Below, in pieces: positions 20,357 to 29,921 of a DNA stretch of 64,000 bases (its first letter is position 1; each line of letters opens with the position of its first letter). The DNA is taken from positions 8,908 through 72,907 of the forward strand of contig CAWACK010000016.1 of assembly GCA_963780545.1 (NCBI GenBank), given 5' to 3'. The position numbers and the translations under genes were made by a program. This DNA is from Candidatus Bathyarchaeota archaeon. Lineage in GTDB: Archaea; Thermoproteota; Bathyarchaeia; TCS64. Under the pieces are notes generated by a model. The model saw nothing but the letters and a program-made list of their open reading frames with translations, made no database searches and had not been told where the DNA came from.

Positions 20357-20626
20357 ATGTCTGAGCAGGAACGAATCTATACGGTCCCTCTAAAGGAGGC
20401 TTGGCACGCTCAGAGATACAGGCGTAGCGAGAAGGCGATGATGGTCCTTAAGGCATTCGCAAAGCGCCACATGAAGGCGAATGATGTCGCCGTCGACAAC
20501 GCTGTCAACGAAACCATCTGGGCCAGAGGCATCAAGAGCCCGCCCCACAAGATTAGGGTTAAGATGACGAAGGACGACGAAGGCAAGGTCACCATCACCA
20601 TGGCTGAGGTTGCGATCGGAGGCTGA
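20357..20626 (+). CDS. rpl31e: 50S ribosomal protein L31e
   Basis: ERIYTVPL, RHMKA, NETIWARGIKSPP.KIRV. Confidence 0.95.
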   Translation: MSEQERIYTVPLKEAWHAQRYRRSEKAMMVLKAFAKRHMKANDVAVDNAVNETIWARGIKSPPHKIRVKMTKDDEGKVTITMAEVAIGG

Positions 20627-20635
20627 GAATAAGGA

Positions 20636-20848
20636 ATGAGCGAAACCAAGATATTTCGTGTCACGGGCGAGATAAACAAACAGAAATTCTTCATCCCTAT
20701 GGCCTTCAGCCAAGAGATCAGAGCAGCAAAGATGGAGCACGCTGTGGAACGCGTCTATACAGAAATGGGTAGCCGCCACCGCGCTAAGCGCAACCAGATC
20801 ACGATCCTCAGCGTCGAAGAGGTCCAGATCGAGGAGAAGGCAGGGTAG
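20636..20848 (+). CDS. rpl18a: 50S ribosomal protein LX (L18a/eL20)
   Basis: FRVTG...A.E.VY.EMGSRH..KR..I.I. Confidence 0.92.
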   Translation: MSETKIFRVTGEINKQKFFIPMAFSQEIRAAKMEHAVERVYTEMGSRHRAKRNQITILSVEEVQIEEKAG

Positions 20849-20853
20849 AAGCC

Positions 20854-21300
20854 TTGGCTTCCCAAAGCAAAGAAGACCAACTTCGTAGGGTTCTATATGA
20901 GCTTCAGCTAATGGAGGGAACCGCGCAGATCCTTCAACAGAGGATCCAAGTACTCTCGAGTGCCCAAGCAGAGCTCCACATGAGTCAGCAGAGTCTTAAC
21001 GATATGAAAGATCTTAAGCTAGACACACCCATCCTAGTGCCAGTTGGCGGCTCGACATTCATACATGCGAAGACAGGTAGCCTCGACAAAGTCATCATAG
21101 GCGTTGGGGCCGATGTTTCAGTGGAGATGGAGTTGCCAAAGGCTCTAGAGGATGTCAACAAGCGCCTCGAGGAGGTGGAAAAGACATTAGCCTCGGTGGA
21201 GGAGCAATTGGAGCAAGTCATCGCCCAGATGCAGAGCCACCAGGAAGTGGGTAACAGGCTCTCAACCGAGCTCCAGGGTGAGGCCGCCAGTGTTCGATAA
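20854..21300 (+). CDS. pfdA: Prefoldin alpha subunit
   Basis: Coiled coils flanking ILVPVGG..F and VIIGVGA hairpins. Confidence 0.92.
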   Translation: MASQSKEDQLRRVLYELQLMEGTAQILQQRIQVLSSAQAELHMSQQSLNDMKDLKLDTPILVPVGGSTFIHAKTGSLDKVIIGVGADVSVEMELPKALEDVNKRLEEVEKTLASVEEQLEQVIAQMQSHQEVGNRLSTELQGEAASVR

Positions 21301-22201
21301 GCTTAAGCAAGGTCTCAAGGGCATAGTCGATAAGATTTCTAAGACAGGCCTGAGTGATAAAGACCTAGATCCCTTAATCTGGGACCTCCAGATTCAGCTC
21401 ATAGGAAATGATGTCTCCGTTCAGGTAGCAGAGAAGGTTTGTGAGGAGCTAAAATCGCGACTCGTAGGACAGGAAGCAAACCGCTTCGGTGGAAAATCCA
21501 ACCTTGTAAAGAACGCGCTTAAGGAGTCGATCGAAGTGGTGATGCACACCGAAAAGAGTATAGATCTCATCCAAGCGGTTACAGACGCGAAGAAGCAAGG
21601 CCACCCATACATCATCATGTTCGTTGGCATCAATGGCACGGGGAAGACTACGAGCATCGCCAAGGTCACTAGACTCCTCCAAAAGAACGGTTTCAGCGTC
21701 GTCCTCGCATCAGGAGACACATACCGAGCGGGTGCAATAGAGCAGCTTGAGGAACACGCGAGGCGCCTTAACGTCAAAGTAGTCAAACACCAGTATGGCA
21801 GCGATGCTGCTGCTGTAGGCTACGATGCTATACAGCACGCTAAAGCGAAGGGCATAGATGTCGTCCTCATAGACACCGCAGGTAGAATGCAGACAAACCG
21901 TAACCTCATGGATGAGCTCACAAAAATCAAGCGCGTCGTCCAGCCAGATCTCACCATCATGATTCTAGATAGCCTCATCGGTAATGATGCGACGGAGGAG
22001 GCACTCACATTTAATAAGGCTGTAGGATTCGATGCAGCAATTCTTACGAAAGTCGATGCTGACGCGAAGGGAGGCTCCAGCCTAAGTGTAAGCTACCTCA
22101 CAGGGAAACCTGTTATCTATATTGGCGTCGGGCAGGGTTACGACGACCTCCAGCCCTTCGACGCTGGTTGGTTTGCAGAAAAACTGCTCGGGGATTCGTA
22201 A
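21290..22201 (+). CDS. ftsY: SRP receptor FtsY
   Basis: GINGTGKTT, DTYRAGAIEQL, DTAGR, TKVDADAKGG. Confidence 0.96.
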   Translation: MFDKLKQGLKGIVDKISKTGLSDKDLDPLIWDLQIQLIGNDVSVQVAEKVCEELKSRLVGQEANRFGGKSNLVKNALKESIEVVMHTEKSIDLIQAVTDAKKQGHPYIIMFVGINGTGKTTSIAKVTRLLQKNGFSVVLASGDTYRAGAIEQLEEHARRLNVKVVKHQYGSDAAAVGYDAIQHAKAKGIDVVLIDTAGRMQTNRNLMDELTKIKRVVQPDLTIMILDSLIGNDATEEALTFNKAVGFDAAILTKVDADAKGGSSLSVSYLTGKPVIYIGVGQGYDDLQPFDAGWFAEKLLGDS

Positions 22202-22242
22202 AGATTTTAAAGCTTCTGCGTCCCCTCACTGGGCGATAAGAC

Positions 22243-22416
22243 ATGGGCGTACGTGATTTCATCGACAGCGCGAAGCGACTCCTAATTACCATCAACAGAC
22301 CAGACTGGAAGACCTACAGCCTTAGCCTAAAGGTAGTCCTCCTTGGTGTCGGCATCTTAGGCGCAATCGGCTATATAATTCGACTCGTTGCAGTCGTTCT
22401 ACAACCGGTTGGCTGA
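22243..22416 (+). CDS. secE: Protein translocase SecE/Sec61-gamma (not in ORF track)
   Basis: Manual translation MGVRDFIDSAKRLLITINRPDWKTYSLSLKVVLLGVGILGAIGYIIRL...; lies between ftsY and spt5. Confidence 0.9.
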   Translation: MGVRDFIDSAKRLLITINRPDWKTYSLSLKVVLLGVGILGAIGYIIRLVAVVLQPVG

Positions 22417-22502
22417 AAGCCACTTTTTAGCCAGAATATTTTATGGGTCACGGTTTTCGCTAATTCAGCAATATTAATATTAGCCATCTGCTATCGCATA
22501 CG

Positions 22503-22985
22503 GTGCAACCGGACGTGGCTAACGTGCCAGAGAAGCCCCAATCCCAGCTTTACGCAGTGAAGGTCACAAACGGCCAGGAGAGAACAGTAGCTGAGATGCT
22601 AGCCGATAAGGCAAAGATCGAGCACATAGCCATCCTAGCGATACTGGCGCCTTCCGAGCTGAAGGGCTACATAATCGTCGAATCCGCTAATCCTCACATG
22701 GTTGATGAGCTCATACGTGGCGTAAGATACGCCAGGGAACGTGTGCAGGGAACTGTCTCACCGCAAGAGGTGGAACACTACTTGGAAACGAAGCCAGCTA
22801 TCGAGGGTCTGGCGGAGGGTACACTAGTGGATGTCGTAGCAGGACCCTTCAAGGGTATGCAAGCCAAGGTTGTGCGCGTGGATACCTCCAAGGAGGAAGT
22901 AACGATAGAGATCCTGGAGGCGGCGTTTAGCCTGCCGATAACCGTCCACGCCGACTATGTCCGGGAGGTTAAAGGAGCTAATTAG
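22503..22985 (+). CDS. spt5: Transcription elongation factor Spt5
   Basis: YAVKVT.GQE, KGYIIVE, KOW motif GPFKG. Confidence 0.94.
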   Translation: MQPDVANVPEKPQSQLYAVKVTNGQERTVAEMLADKAKIEHIAILAILAPSELKGYIIVESANPHMVDELIRGVRYARERVQGTVSPQEVEHYLETKPAIEGLAEGTLVDVVAGPFKGMQAKVVRVDTSKEEVTIEILEAAFSLPITVHADYVREVKGAN

Positions 22986-22987
22986 AT

Positions 22988-23473
22988 TTGGTAGAAAAAA
23001 AGTTCAACTTTATAGTCCCCGGTGGGGGGGCGTCAGGTGGCCCACCGATCGGTCCCGCTCTTGGCCCTATGGGCGTCAATATTATGCAGATCGTCGCTGA
23101 GATCAACAAGCAGACCGACGAGTACAAGGGGACTCCAGTCCCCGTGGATGTATTCATAGACACTGACACTCGCGCATTCACTGTGAAGGTCGGGATGCTG
23201 AGCACATTCGCACTGCTGACGCAGGCTGTGAAGATTACGAAGGGATCAAGCACACCCAACTCCGTAAAGGTGGGTGACCTCGCATTCGACGAGCTCGTGA
23301 GCGTGGCGAAGAAGAAGAAGCCAGGCCTCTACGCGGCTAACCTCAAAGCAGCCGTCCGTGAGGTGCTCGGTACGTGTCACAGTATGGGCGTCACCGTCGA
23401 TGGGAAGTCTGCTGGTGAGGTCCAAGAGCTCATTAAAAGTGGGGCATTTGACGCCCAACTAAAGGAGGACTAA
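22988..23473 (+). CDS. rpl11: 50S ribosomal protein L11
   Basis: GPPIGPALGPMGVN, GTCHSMGV. Confidence 0.96.
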   Translation: MVEKKFNFIVPGGGASGGPPIGPALGPMGVNIMQIVAEINKQTDEYKGTPVPVDVFIDTDTRAFTVKVGMLSTFALLTQAVKITKGSSTPNSVKVGDLAFDELVSVAKKKKPGLYAANLKAAVREVLGTCHSMGVTVDGKSAGEVQELIKSGAFDAQLKED

Positions 23474-23475
23474 CA

Positions 23476-24120
23476 TTGTCCCTACAGAGGAAGGACATAT
23501 CTGAGGCTATCTTAAAGGCGCGCCAAGCATCTAAAAAGCGCCGCTTTGAACAGACCTTTGAACTCGCCATCAACCTCCGAGAGCTCGATATGAAGAGACC
23601 GGAGAACAGGGTAAACCTTCGTGTACAGCTTCCCAACGGGATCGGTGGTCAGAAGGTCCTAGTCTTCGCGGGTGGTGACCTCGCCTTAAGAGCCCGCAGG
23701 AGCGGAGCGGATGAGGTCATCGAGCCTGCCGAGCTCAGCGAGCTGGCAAAGGATAAAAAGGCGGCGAAGAAGAGACTCAAAGACTTCGACATATTCATCA
23801 GTGAGGCACCGTTAATGCCGACGGTGGGTCGAGTCGCAGGTCCAATCCTAGGTCCACGCGGCAAGATGCCTACTCCTGTGCCACCGCAGGCACCCGTCGA
23901 TAATGTCATCGAGCGCGAGAGACGTGCGATTGTTCTGAGAAGTCGCGATAAGATGTTTGTACATTGCATGGTCGGACGCGAGAACATGACCGACGAGCAG
24001 CTTACCCAGAACATAGAGACCGTCCTTAACAACCTAATTGGCGTTACGAAGAGGGGCTACGGCAATATCAAAAGTATCTACCTCAAGACCACGATGGGTG
24101 AGGCAGTGAGGCTTTTCTGA
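23476..24120 (+). CDS. rpl1: 50S ribosomal protein L1
   Basis: RRFEQTFELAINL, GPILGPRGKMP, KTTMG. Confidence 0.96.
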   Translation: MSLQRKDISEAILKARQASKKRRFEQTFELAINLRELDMKRPENRVNLRVQLPNGIGGQKVLVFAGGDLALRARRSGADEVIEPAELSELAKDKKAAKKRLKDFDIFISEAPLMPTVGRVAGPILGPRGKMPTPVPPQAPVDNVIERERRAIVLRSRDKMFVHCMVGRENMTDEQLTQNIETVLNNLIGVTKRGYGNIKSIYLKTTMGEAVRLF

Positions 24121-24130
24121 GGTGGTATGA

Positions 24131-24982
24131 ATGTCGCAAGTATCTGAACAGAAGGCAGGAGTCGTCGAACAGACCGTCGACCTGCTAAATAAATATAATG
24201 TCATAGCTGCAGCAAACCTCTTCAAAGTCCAGAGCGCAATGCTAATGGACCTCCGCAAAAGCCTCAGGGGTCAGCTCGAGATCAAGACAGTCAAGAATAC
24301 ACTAATGCGCATCAGCATGGAGAAGGCCCAGAAGCCAGGCGTGAAAGAGTTCATAAGGGCAGTCGAGGGACCAAATGTATTCCTCTTCACCAACGGTAAC
24401 CCCTTCAAACTGGCGATGAACCTTGAGAAGAGCAAGGTCGAGAGCTTCGCAAAGGGAGGCGACAAGGCGCTCAAGCAACTCGTCATCCCAGCGGGCAACA
24501 CAGGGATTAGCCCAGGCCCAATGATCAGTAAGTTTGGTGGGCTCGGGATCAAGACCCGTATCGAGGGTGGTAACATTTGGGTCGTCGCTGACACAGTCAT
24601 TGCCGAGAGGGGTGAGGAGATCACCGCTGACATGGCTGACCTCCTTCAGAGACTCGGAATAAAGGCGGCGCAGAGCGGTCTTAGCATCAAGGTAGTCTAC
24701 GAGAACGGTATGTTAATTCCCGGCGAGTCGCTGGTGTTGGACGTATCCAGCTACAAGAAGCAGTTCATGGACGCCTTTAGTGGGGCCTTCCAGGTCGCAC
24801 TAAAGAGCGAATACGTCACAGTTGCAACGGCGCCGACGCTGATCAGCCTTGCCCTCCAGAATGCGAAGACAGTCGCTGTGGAGGCTGGTTACGTCACTCA
24901 GGATACCGTAGCGGAGATAATTGCTAAAGCCAACGCCCAGGCGAAAAATCTTCAGGCGAAGGTCGACGCTAAGTCCACATAG
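24131..24982 (+). CDS. rpl10: 50S ribosomal protein L10/P0, no acidic C-terminal tail
   Basis: KNTLM, NPFKL, IPAGNTGISPGP; helical P1-binding repeats. Confidence 0.94.
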   Translation: MSQVSEQKAGVVEQTVDLLNKYNVIAAANLFKVQSAMLMDLRKSLRGQLEIKTVKNTLMRISMEKAQKPGVKEFIRAVEGPNVFLFTNGNPFKLAMNLEKSKVESFAKGGDKALKQLVIPAGNTGISPGPMISKFGGLGIKTRIEGGNIWVVADTVIAERGEEITADMADLLQRLGIKAAQSGLSIKVVYENGMLIPGESLVLDVSSYKKQFMDAFSGAFQVALKSEYVTVATAPTLISLALQNAKTVAVEAGYVTQDTVAEIIAKANAQAKNLQAKVDAKST

Positions 24983-25157
24983 AAGCTACCTTTTTTTCAC
25001 AAATCTTCTCAAGCGCAAATTTTTGTGCGGTTTCCAAAATATGGCGGATTCTTCCGATTATTATATTAAATAAACGCTTCGAGTTCATTGCAGGCTTAGG
25101 CTCACTACATACGGTTTTTTGAGGGATGCCGATTCATAGCCAATATAAGCCACGAGT

Positions 25158-25697
25158 TTGTCCTTAACGTCTATGGACGTCCTCGTGGCAATTGAGACGC
25201 GTAGGAGCGTCAGGAAGTTTAAGCCCGCCCCTATTCCGGACGGTGACCTCGAAAAGATCTTGGACGCTGGAAGGCTGGCGCCTTCCGCTGGCAACAAACA
25301 GCCGTGGGGCTTCGTCGTTGTCCGTGACGTGGAGCGGAGAAAGATGCTAGCCGAGGCAGCGAGAAACCAGATGTGGACCGCTGACGCTGGAGCATTCCTC
25401 GCCGTCTTCGGAGACCCAACTGGATCGCCAGGCGTTTATCTCCGGTGGCTGGAGCGGGACCCGATGATCGCAGTAGAGAACATTGTCCTTGCGGCCTGGA
25501 GTCTAGGCTATGGAACCTGCTGGATAGGTGCCTTCGAGGAGGAAAGAGTCAAGCTTCTCTTGGGGATACCAGCGGATAAGAAAGTGATCTGTCTGCTTCC
25601 GATCGGCGTCCCTGCGGAGAGACCTGATCCAAAACCAAGGCGGGTCTTTAAAGATGTCTTCCATGCCGAGGTCTACGGAAAACCCTTAGAACTCTAG
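25158..25697 (+). CDS. Nitroreductase family protein
   Basis: RRSVRKF, APSAGNKQPW, GYGTCWIG. Confidence 0.9.
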   Translation: MSLTSMDVLVAIETRRSVRKFKPAPIPDGDLEKILDAGRLAPSAGNKQPWGFVVVRDVERRKMLAEAARNQMWTADAGAFLAVFGDPTGSPGVYLRWLERDPMIAVENIVLAAWSLGYGTCWIGAFEEERVKLLLGIPADKKVICLLPIGVPAERPDPKPRRVFKDVFHAEVYGKPLEL

Positions 25698-26038
25698 GTT
25701 TTTTTCCTCTGCGTAGGCTCCACAGCGATGAACTTGAGTGTCTTATCTCCGGTGTTCCTAATTTGGTGTAGCTCGTTCGGCTTGATGTAGATGACCTCTA
25801 AGGGGTTTATCGGGCTCACGCCGTTCTCATCTCGGACTTCGCCTGTTCCCTCGAGGAAGAACATCGCGTGTTCATAGGGGTGCGAGTGCCGCAACGTGTT
25901 ACCACCTGGCTTGACCTCAACAAACATCATCGACACTAATGCCCCAGAATCCTGATCTACAAGCCACCGCCTTTTGGCGTCCTGTGCCTCATCACCTATT
26001 TCGACGAGCGGGACATCCTCATAGTAGAAGTGCTTCAT
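25694..26038 (-). CDS. Cupin domain protein
   Basis: PGG....HSHPYEH....EG.G, P..LH...N. Confidence 0.85.
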   Translation of the reverse strand: MKHFYYEDVPLVEIGDEAQDAKRRWLVDQDSGALVSMMFVEVKPGGNTLRHSHPYEHAMFFLEGTGEVRDENGVSPINPLEVIYIKPNELHQIRNTGDKTLKFIAVEPTQRKKT

Positions 26039-26114
26039 AGTTGAATAACAGGATTCGCTGGGAATAAGTGTGGCGGCTCGGAACGGTTTAATGGAGCCAC
26101 AGCGACTAATTTGC

Positions 26115-26771
26115 ATGCTCTGTGGGATCAAACTCATCATCTATGACCTCGATGGAACATTAATCGACTCCAAAGAAGCAATTGTTGAGACATTCAACCG
26201 CGTCGTAGAAGAACTCGGCGAAGAGGCCTGCCCTGCTGACGCGATAATGGAGATGATAGGGCTCCCCCTCACAGAGATGTTCAAGAAGGTCCTCCCGGAG
26301 GAGAAGCATGAAAAGATCCAGGCCTGCTGGGACAGGTTCGTTGTTATATACGCGGATGTGGGAAGTAGGAAAACCCACATACTCCCAGGCGTAGAGGAAA
26401 CCCTCAAACATTTCAAGGGAGCCGGCTACCTACAGAGCATCGCCACGACGAAGCGCGGTGATGTTGCTTCTCAGCTACTCGGCACCCTTGGTCTCAGGGG
26501 CTACTTCGATCTCGTCCTCGGGATAAACGACGTTGCCGCCCCCAAACCCGCGCCTGATATCATAAACCTTACCCTAAAGCGTCTCGACGTGAAACCCCAA
26601 GAAAGCGTCCTAGTCGAGGATACAACGATAGGGCTTGAAGCTGGCAAGAAGGCGGGTGTTCACACTATAGGTGTCACAACCGGGACCCATAACAGAGAAA
26701 AGCTGGCGACTCTTAACCCAAACTACATCGTGGACGGATTAAAGGAGCTGACGCGCCTTCTAGCGCGCTAG
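26115..26771 (+). CDS. HAD-superfamily phosphatase
   Basis: YDLDGTLIDS, KPAPD, EDT..G..AG..AG. Confidence 0.88.
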   Translation: MLCGIKLIIYDLDGTLIDSKEAIVETFNRVVEELGEEACPADAIMEMIGLPLTEMFKKVLPEEKHEKIQACWDRFVVIYADVGSRKTHILPGVEETLKHFKGAGYLQSIATTKRGDVASQLLGTLGLRGYFDLVLGINDVAAPKPAPDIINLTLKRLDVKPQESVLVEDTTIGLEAGKKAGVHTIGVTTGTHNREKLATLNPNYIVDGLKELTRLLAR

Positions 26772-27463
26772 ATCCTTATAGCGTACTGAAAAGCCGCTTC
26801 AGCATGGATCGTCGTCGTGTCGAAGACGGGAATCTTCGTGTGTTCCTGCTTGATTAGAAGGGGTATCTCCGTACAGCCAAGAATGACGCCCTGTGCACCC
26901 TTATCCTTGAGCTTCTCCATAATAGCGAGGTAGCCCTTGCGGCTCTCATCCTTCAATATGCCGAAGCTCAATTCCTCGAAGATCACTCGACCTATGTAGG
27001 CCTGGTCCTCCTCATCGGGAACCACAACTTTGATGCCATACTTCCCTAGGCCTTCCCTATAATAGGGCTTATTCATCGCGAACTTAGTGCCGATGAGTCC
27101 GACCTTCTTTATGCCCGCCTTCTTCACCTCAGCACCAGTGGCGTCTACGAGACTGAGTAGTGGAATGATATTCCTCCGGTCGAGCTTTTCGAAGAGGTTG
27201 TGCATAGTATTCGTAGCGATGACAGCGAAGTCTGCTCCTGCCGCTTGTAATGCGCGAAGACCCTTTGCAAGCTCAAGCTCCATGCTCTCCCAGTCTTCAA
27301 CATCCATCCAATCGTCGAATCTTTGGAAGCTTACGCTGAAGATGACCACCTCGGGGTAGGCGTGATTATGAAACATCTCCTCGTAGCGGTGGATTATGTG
27401 CATGTAGTAGGGAACCGTGGACTCTGGCGTGAGACCGCCAAGGATACCTATGCGCTTGTACAT
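26768..27463 (-). CDS. Aspartate/glutamate racemase family protein
   Basis: IGILGGLTPEST, ATNTMH, ILGCTEIPL. Confidence 0.88.
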   Translation of the reverse strand: MYKRIGILGGLTPESTVPYYMHIIHRYEEMFHNHAYPEVVIFSVSFQRFDDWMDVEDWESMELELAKGLRALQAAGADFAVIATNTMHNLFEKLDRRNIIPLLSLVDATGAEVKKAGIKKVGLIGTKFAMNKPYYREGLGKYGIKVVVPDEEDQAYIGRVIFEELSFGILKDESRKGYLAIMEKLKDKGAQGVILGCTEIPLLIKQEHTKIPVFDTTTIHAEAAFQYAIRI

Positions 27464-27501
27464 GCATCCAGAATATTCGACCGTATATAATACAGGTTTG
27501 G

Positions 27502-27990
27502 CTAGATTGAGACATCCACAAAGTCGCCGACGATGCTCTTTACTTGGTCGACAGTGAGGTTCATAACCGAATTTGGCGTCCCCGCTGCAGCCCACACCTT
27601 CTCGAACCGTGCTAGACTCCTATCCAGAAGGATATTCACATTGGAAGTGTGTGGGAAGGGCGGGACACCACCTATCGGGTAGCCGGTTAGCTCCTTAACA
27701 GTCTCAGCATCGGCGTTTACTACCTTGACACCGAGGTGAGCAGAGACTTTCTTCGCGTCGACGCGCCTGTCACCGCTAATCACGACAACTACTGCCTGCT
27801 CACCCGCCTTGAATGCTATGCTCTTAGCTATCTCTGCCACCGTGCAGCCGAGCGCATCGGCAGCGAGCTGACTGGTCCTCGTCGACTCATCGAGGGTAAC
27901 AACCCTCGCCTTGATGCCTTTCTCTTCGAGGTAAGCTGAGACACGCTTGGATCCACGGAGGTTGTTGTACACTCTTAGACGCTCCTCCAT
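27502..27990 (-). CDS. YbaK/EbsC aminoacyl-tRNA deacylase family
   Basis: AADALG...IAKS, TGYPIGGVPPF, WAAAG. Confidence 0.88.
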   Translation of the reverse strand: MEERLRVYNNLRGSKRVSAYLEEKGIKARVVTLDESTRTSQLAADALGCTVAEIAKSIAFKAGEQAVVVVISGDRRVDAKKVSAHLGVKVVNADAETVKELTGYPIGGVPPFPHTSNVNILLDRSLARFEKVWAAAGTPNSVMNLTVDQVKSIVGDFVDVSI

Positions 27991-28946
27991 TTCTCTATTA
28001 GTTCTAAAAGCTGAACCTTGGTAGGGCCTCCCCTAGTCTCCTTGCACGTCGCCTTGAAACTCCCTCCAGCGTTCCCCCAGCGTAGAGCCTCAGTATCGTC
28101 AAGTCCCTCCACTTTCGCGGCAGCGAAGCCACCGATGAATGCATCACCGCAGCCTACTGTGTTTACCACTGTCATACCTAGTCTGTCGAGAGGCACAGCG
28201 TTGATGTGGATTATTGCTCCAACGTTGTCTTGCGTCAGGGTACAACCCTCCGAGCCGTGCTTTATTATGCATTTGAGGTTCTTCACCTTCTCATGCATCA
28301 TCTTTGCGATCTCGTGAGCTGAGCTGGTGCCGAGTAGGTTCTCGTACTCCACATGGTTGAGGATGAAATAGTCGGCGTTCACTAGCGTGGAGCTTAGCGC
28401 ATCCATACCGAGCTCTGCATAGACTCCCGGATCCCAGATGACAGTGACGCCATGCTCCCTACAGAGCTTCGCTAGGCACTTCGCTGTCTCCAGTGGAGGG
28501 TCCATTATAACACATACCTTCGCCCCTTTAATGAGTCTTAGTCGTTCTGGGTCACGAAGGCATTGATCATCTAGCTTGAGGTTGGCGCCAAAGTAGGTGT
28601 GTATCTCATTCTCACCATCGCCACCTATGCTGATGTAGGCTTGCCCTGATTCCTCCCCCTGCACAAAGAGGAGTCCCGAATCCTCGACGCCCTCATCCCA
28701 GAGGATATTGCGCTGCTTGTCAGCTATCTCGTCTTTACCCAGAGCGCCTATAAAGGCGACTCTCTTCTTTCCCAAGAGCCTTGCTGCTGCGACGGCGACG
28801 TTCGCTGCAGTGCCGCCGCTGACTCGTTGTATCTCCTTAACAGGGACTTCCTCACCCACTCTAGGAAGCCTCTCCATGAAGAGGTTGACGTCCCAATTTA
28901 TAGCTCCACAGCTTATGAGATCTGCCAAACTAGCCACCATCTGCAA
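27975..28946 (-). CDS. PfkB/ribokinase-family kinase
   Basis: GGTAANVAVAAARL, NTVGCGDAFIGG. Confidence 0.88.
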   Translation of the reverse strand: MQMVASLADLISCGAINWDVNLFMERLPRVGEEVPVKEIQRVSGGTAANVAVAAARLLGKKRVAFIGALGKDEIADKQRNILWDEGVEDSGLLFVQGEESGQAYISIGGDGENEIHTYFGANLKLDDQCLRDPERLRLIKGAKVCVIMDPPLETAKCLAKLCREHGVTVIWDPGVYAELGMDALSSTLVNADYFILNHVEYENLLGTSSAHEIAKMMHEKVKNLKCIIKHGSEGCTLTQDNVGAIIHINAVPLDRLGMTVVNTVGCGDAFIGGFAAAKVEGLDDTEALRWGNAGGSFKATCKETRGGPTKVQLLELIEKWRSV

Positions 28947-29871
28947 CCCTGTCGATGATCATCTTGTGGAATCGAGTAGCGTCGACCTCGACGATTATCT
29001 CGTGTTTCGCTTTCTGGTTCTCCTCTCGGTGGAACATTCGGCGGTCCACGACCGTCATTCCCATGGTTTGCGTGCCCACCGTCTCGACTTCGACCCTGTA
29101 ACTCTCAGTTTTAAAGATGGTTGGGTCTACAACGTAGGCCAAGGCCATCGGGTCGTGGAGACTGAAGCCATTATATCTCTCCACGAGGACGCCGCAGAGG
29201 CCCTCGATGAGCTTAGAGCGTCTCGTTTTCTTCGCAATCATTTCGCCATACATAGCCTTGCTCATCTTGTAGTCAGGGTTGGTGGTGATGTCAAGGCCGA
29301 TGCAGGTGATAGGAATACCGCTGCCAAAGACGAGTTTTGCTGCGTCAGGATCATGCCAGATGTTAAACTCGGCGACTGCGTTAGCATTCCCGATTCCGTA
29401 AGGAGTGAGTCCGAAGGCTCCACCCATTATAACGAGGCCATTCACCTTCTCAGGGATTGTAGGGTCGGCGAGGATCGCCGTAGCAATGTTCGTCAGAGGA
29501 CCAATCGCTACGAGAGTCAGGTCCTTACCCAGCTCATCCGCCTCATCTATGATTAACTTTGCCGCGTTGCGATCATCGATCTTCATCTTCGTCGCGGGGA
29601 GGACTGCATCCATGAGTCCCGTCTCGCCATGAAAACTCTCGGCATGCTCCATCTGCCTGAACATAGGATGCTTTGCTCCTTGCGCCACTGGGACGTCGCT
29701 CCTGCCTAGGAACTCCAGAAGCTGCCTAGCGTTCCTTGTTCCCTTCTCCACGTCGACATTACCATCGACCGTTGTAACCGCTTCGACCTTGATCTCCGGA
29801 CTGGAGAAAGCGAGGAGGAAAGCCAAAGCGTCATCGACGCCCGGGTCAGTGTCAAGGATTATCCGATTCAA
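28930..29871 (-). CDS. Nucleoside hydrolase (IU-NH family)
   Basis: DTDPGVDDA, GPLTNIA, AEFNIWHDP, LHDP. Confidence 0.92.
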   Translation of the reverse strand: MNRIILDTDPGVDDALAFLLAFSSPEIKVEAVTTVDGNVDVEKGTRNARQLLEFLGRSDVPVAQGAKHPMFRQMEHAESFHGETGLMDAVLPATKMKIDDRNAAKLIIDEADELGKDLTLVAIGPLTNIATAILADPTIPEKVNGLVIMGGAFGLTPYGIGNANAVAEFNIWHDPDAAKLVFGSGIPITCIGLDITTNPDYKMSKAMYGEMIAKKTRRSKLIEGLCGVLVERYNGFSLHDPMALAYVVDPTIFKTESYRVEVETVGTQTMGMTVVDRRMFHREENQKAKHEIIVEVDATRFHKMIIDRVADGG

Positions 29872-29921
29872 CGGTTACCCAACCTAGGTTTAGACGAGTC
29901 TCCGTGGAATAAAACATCTAT

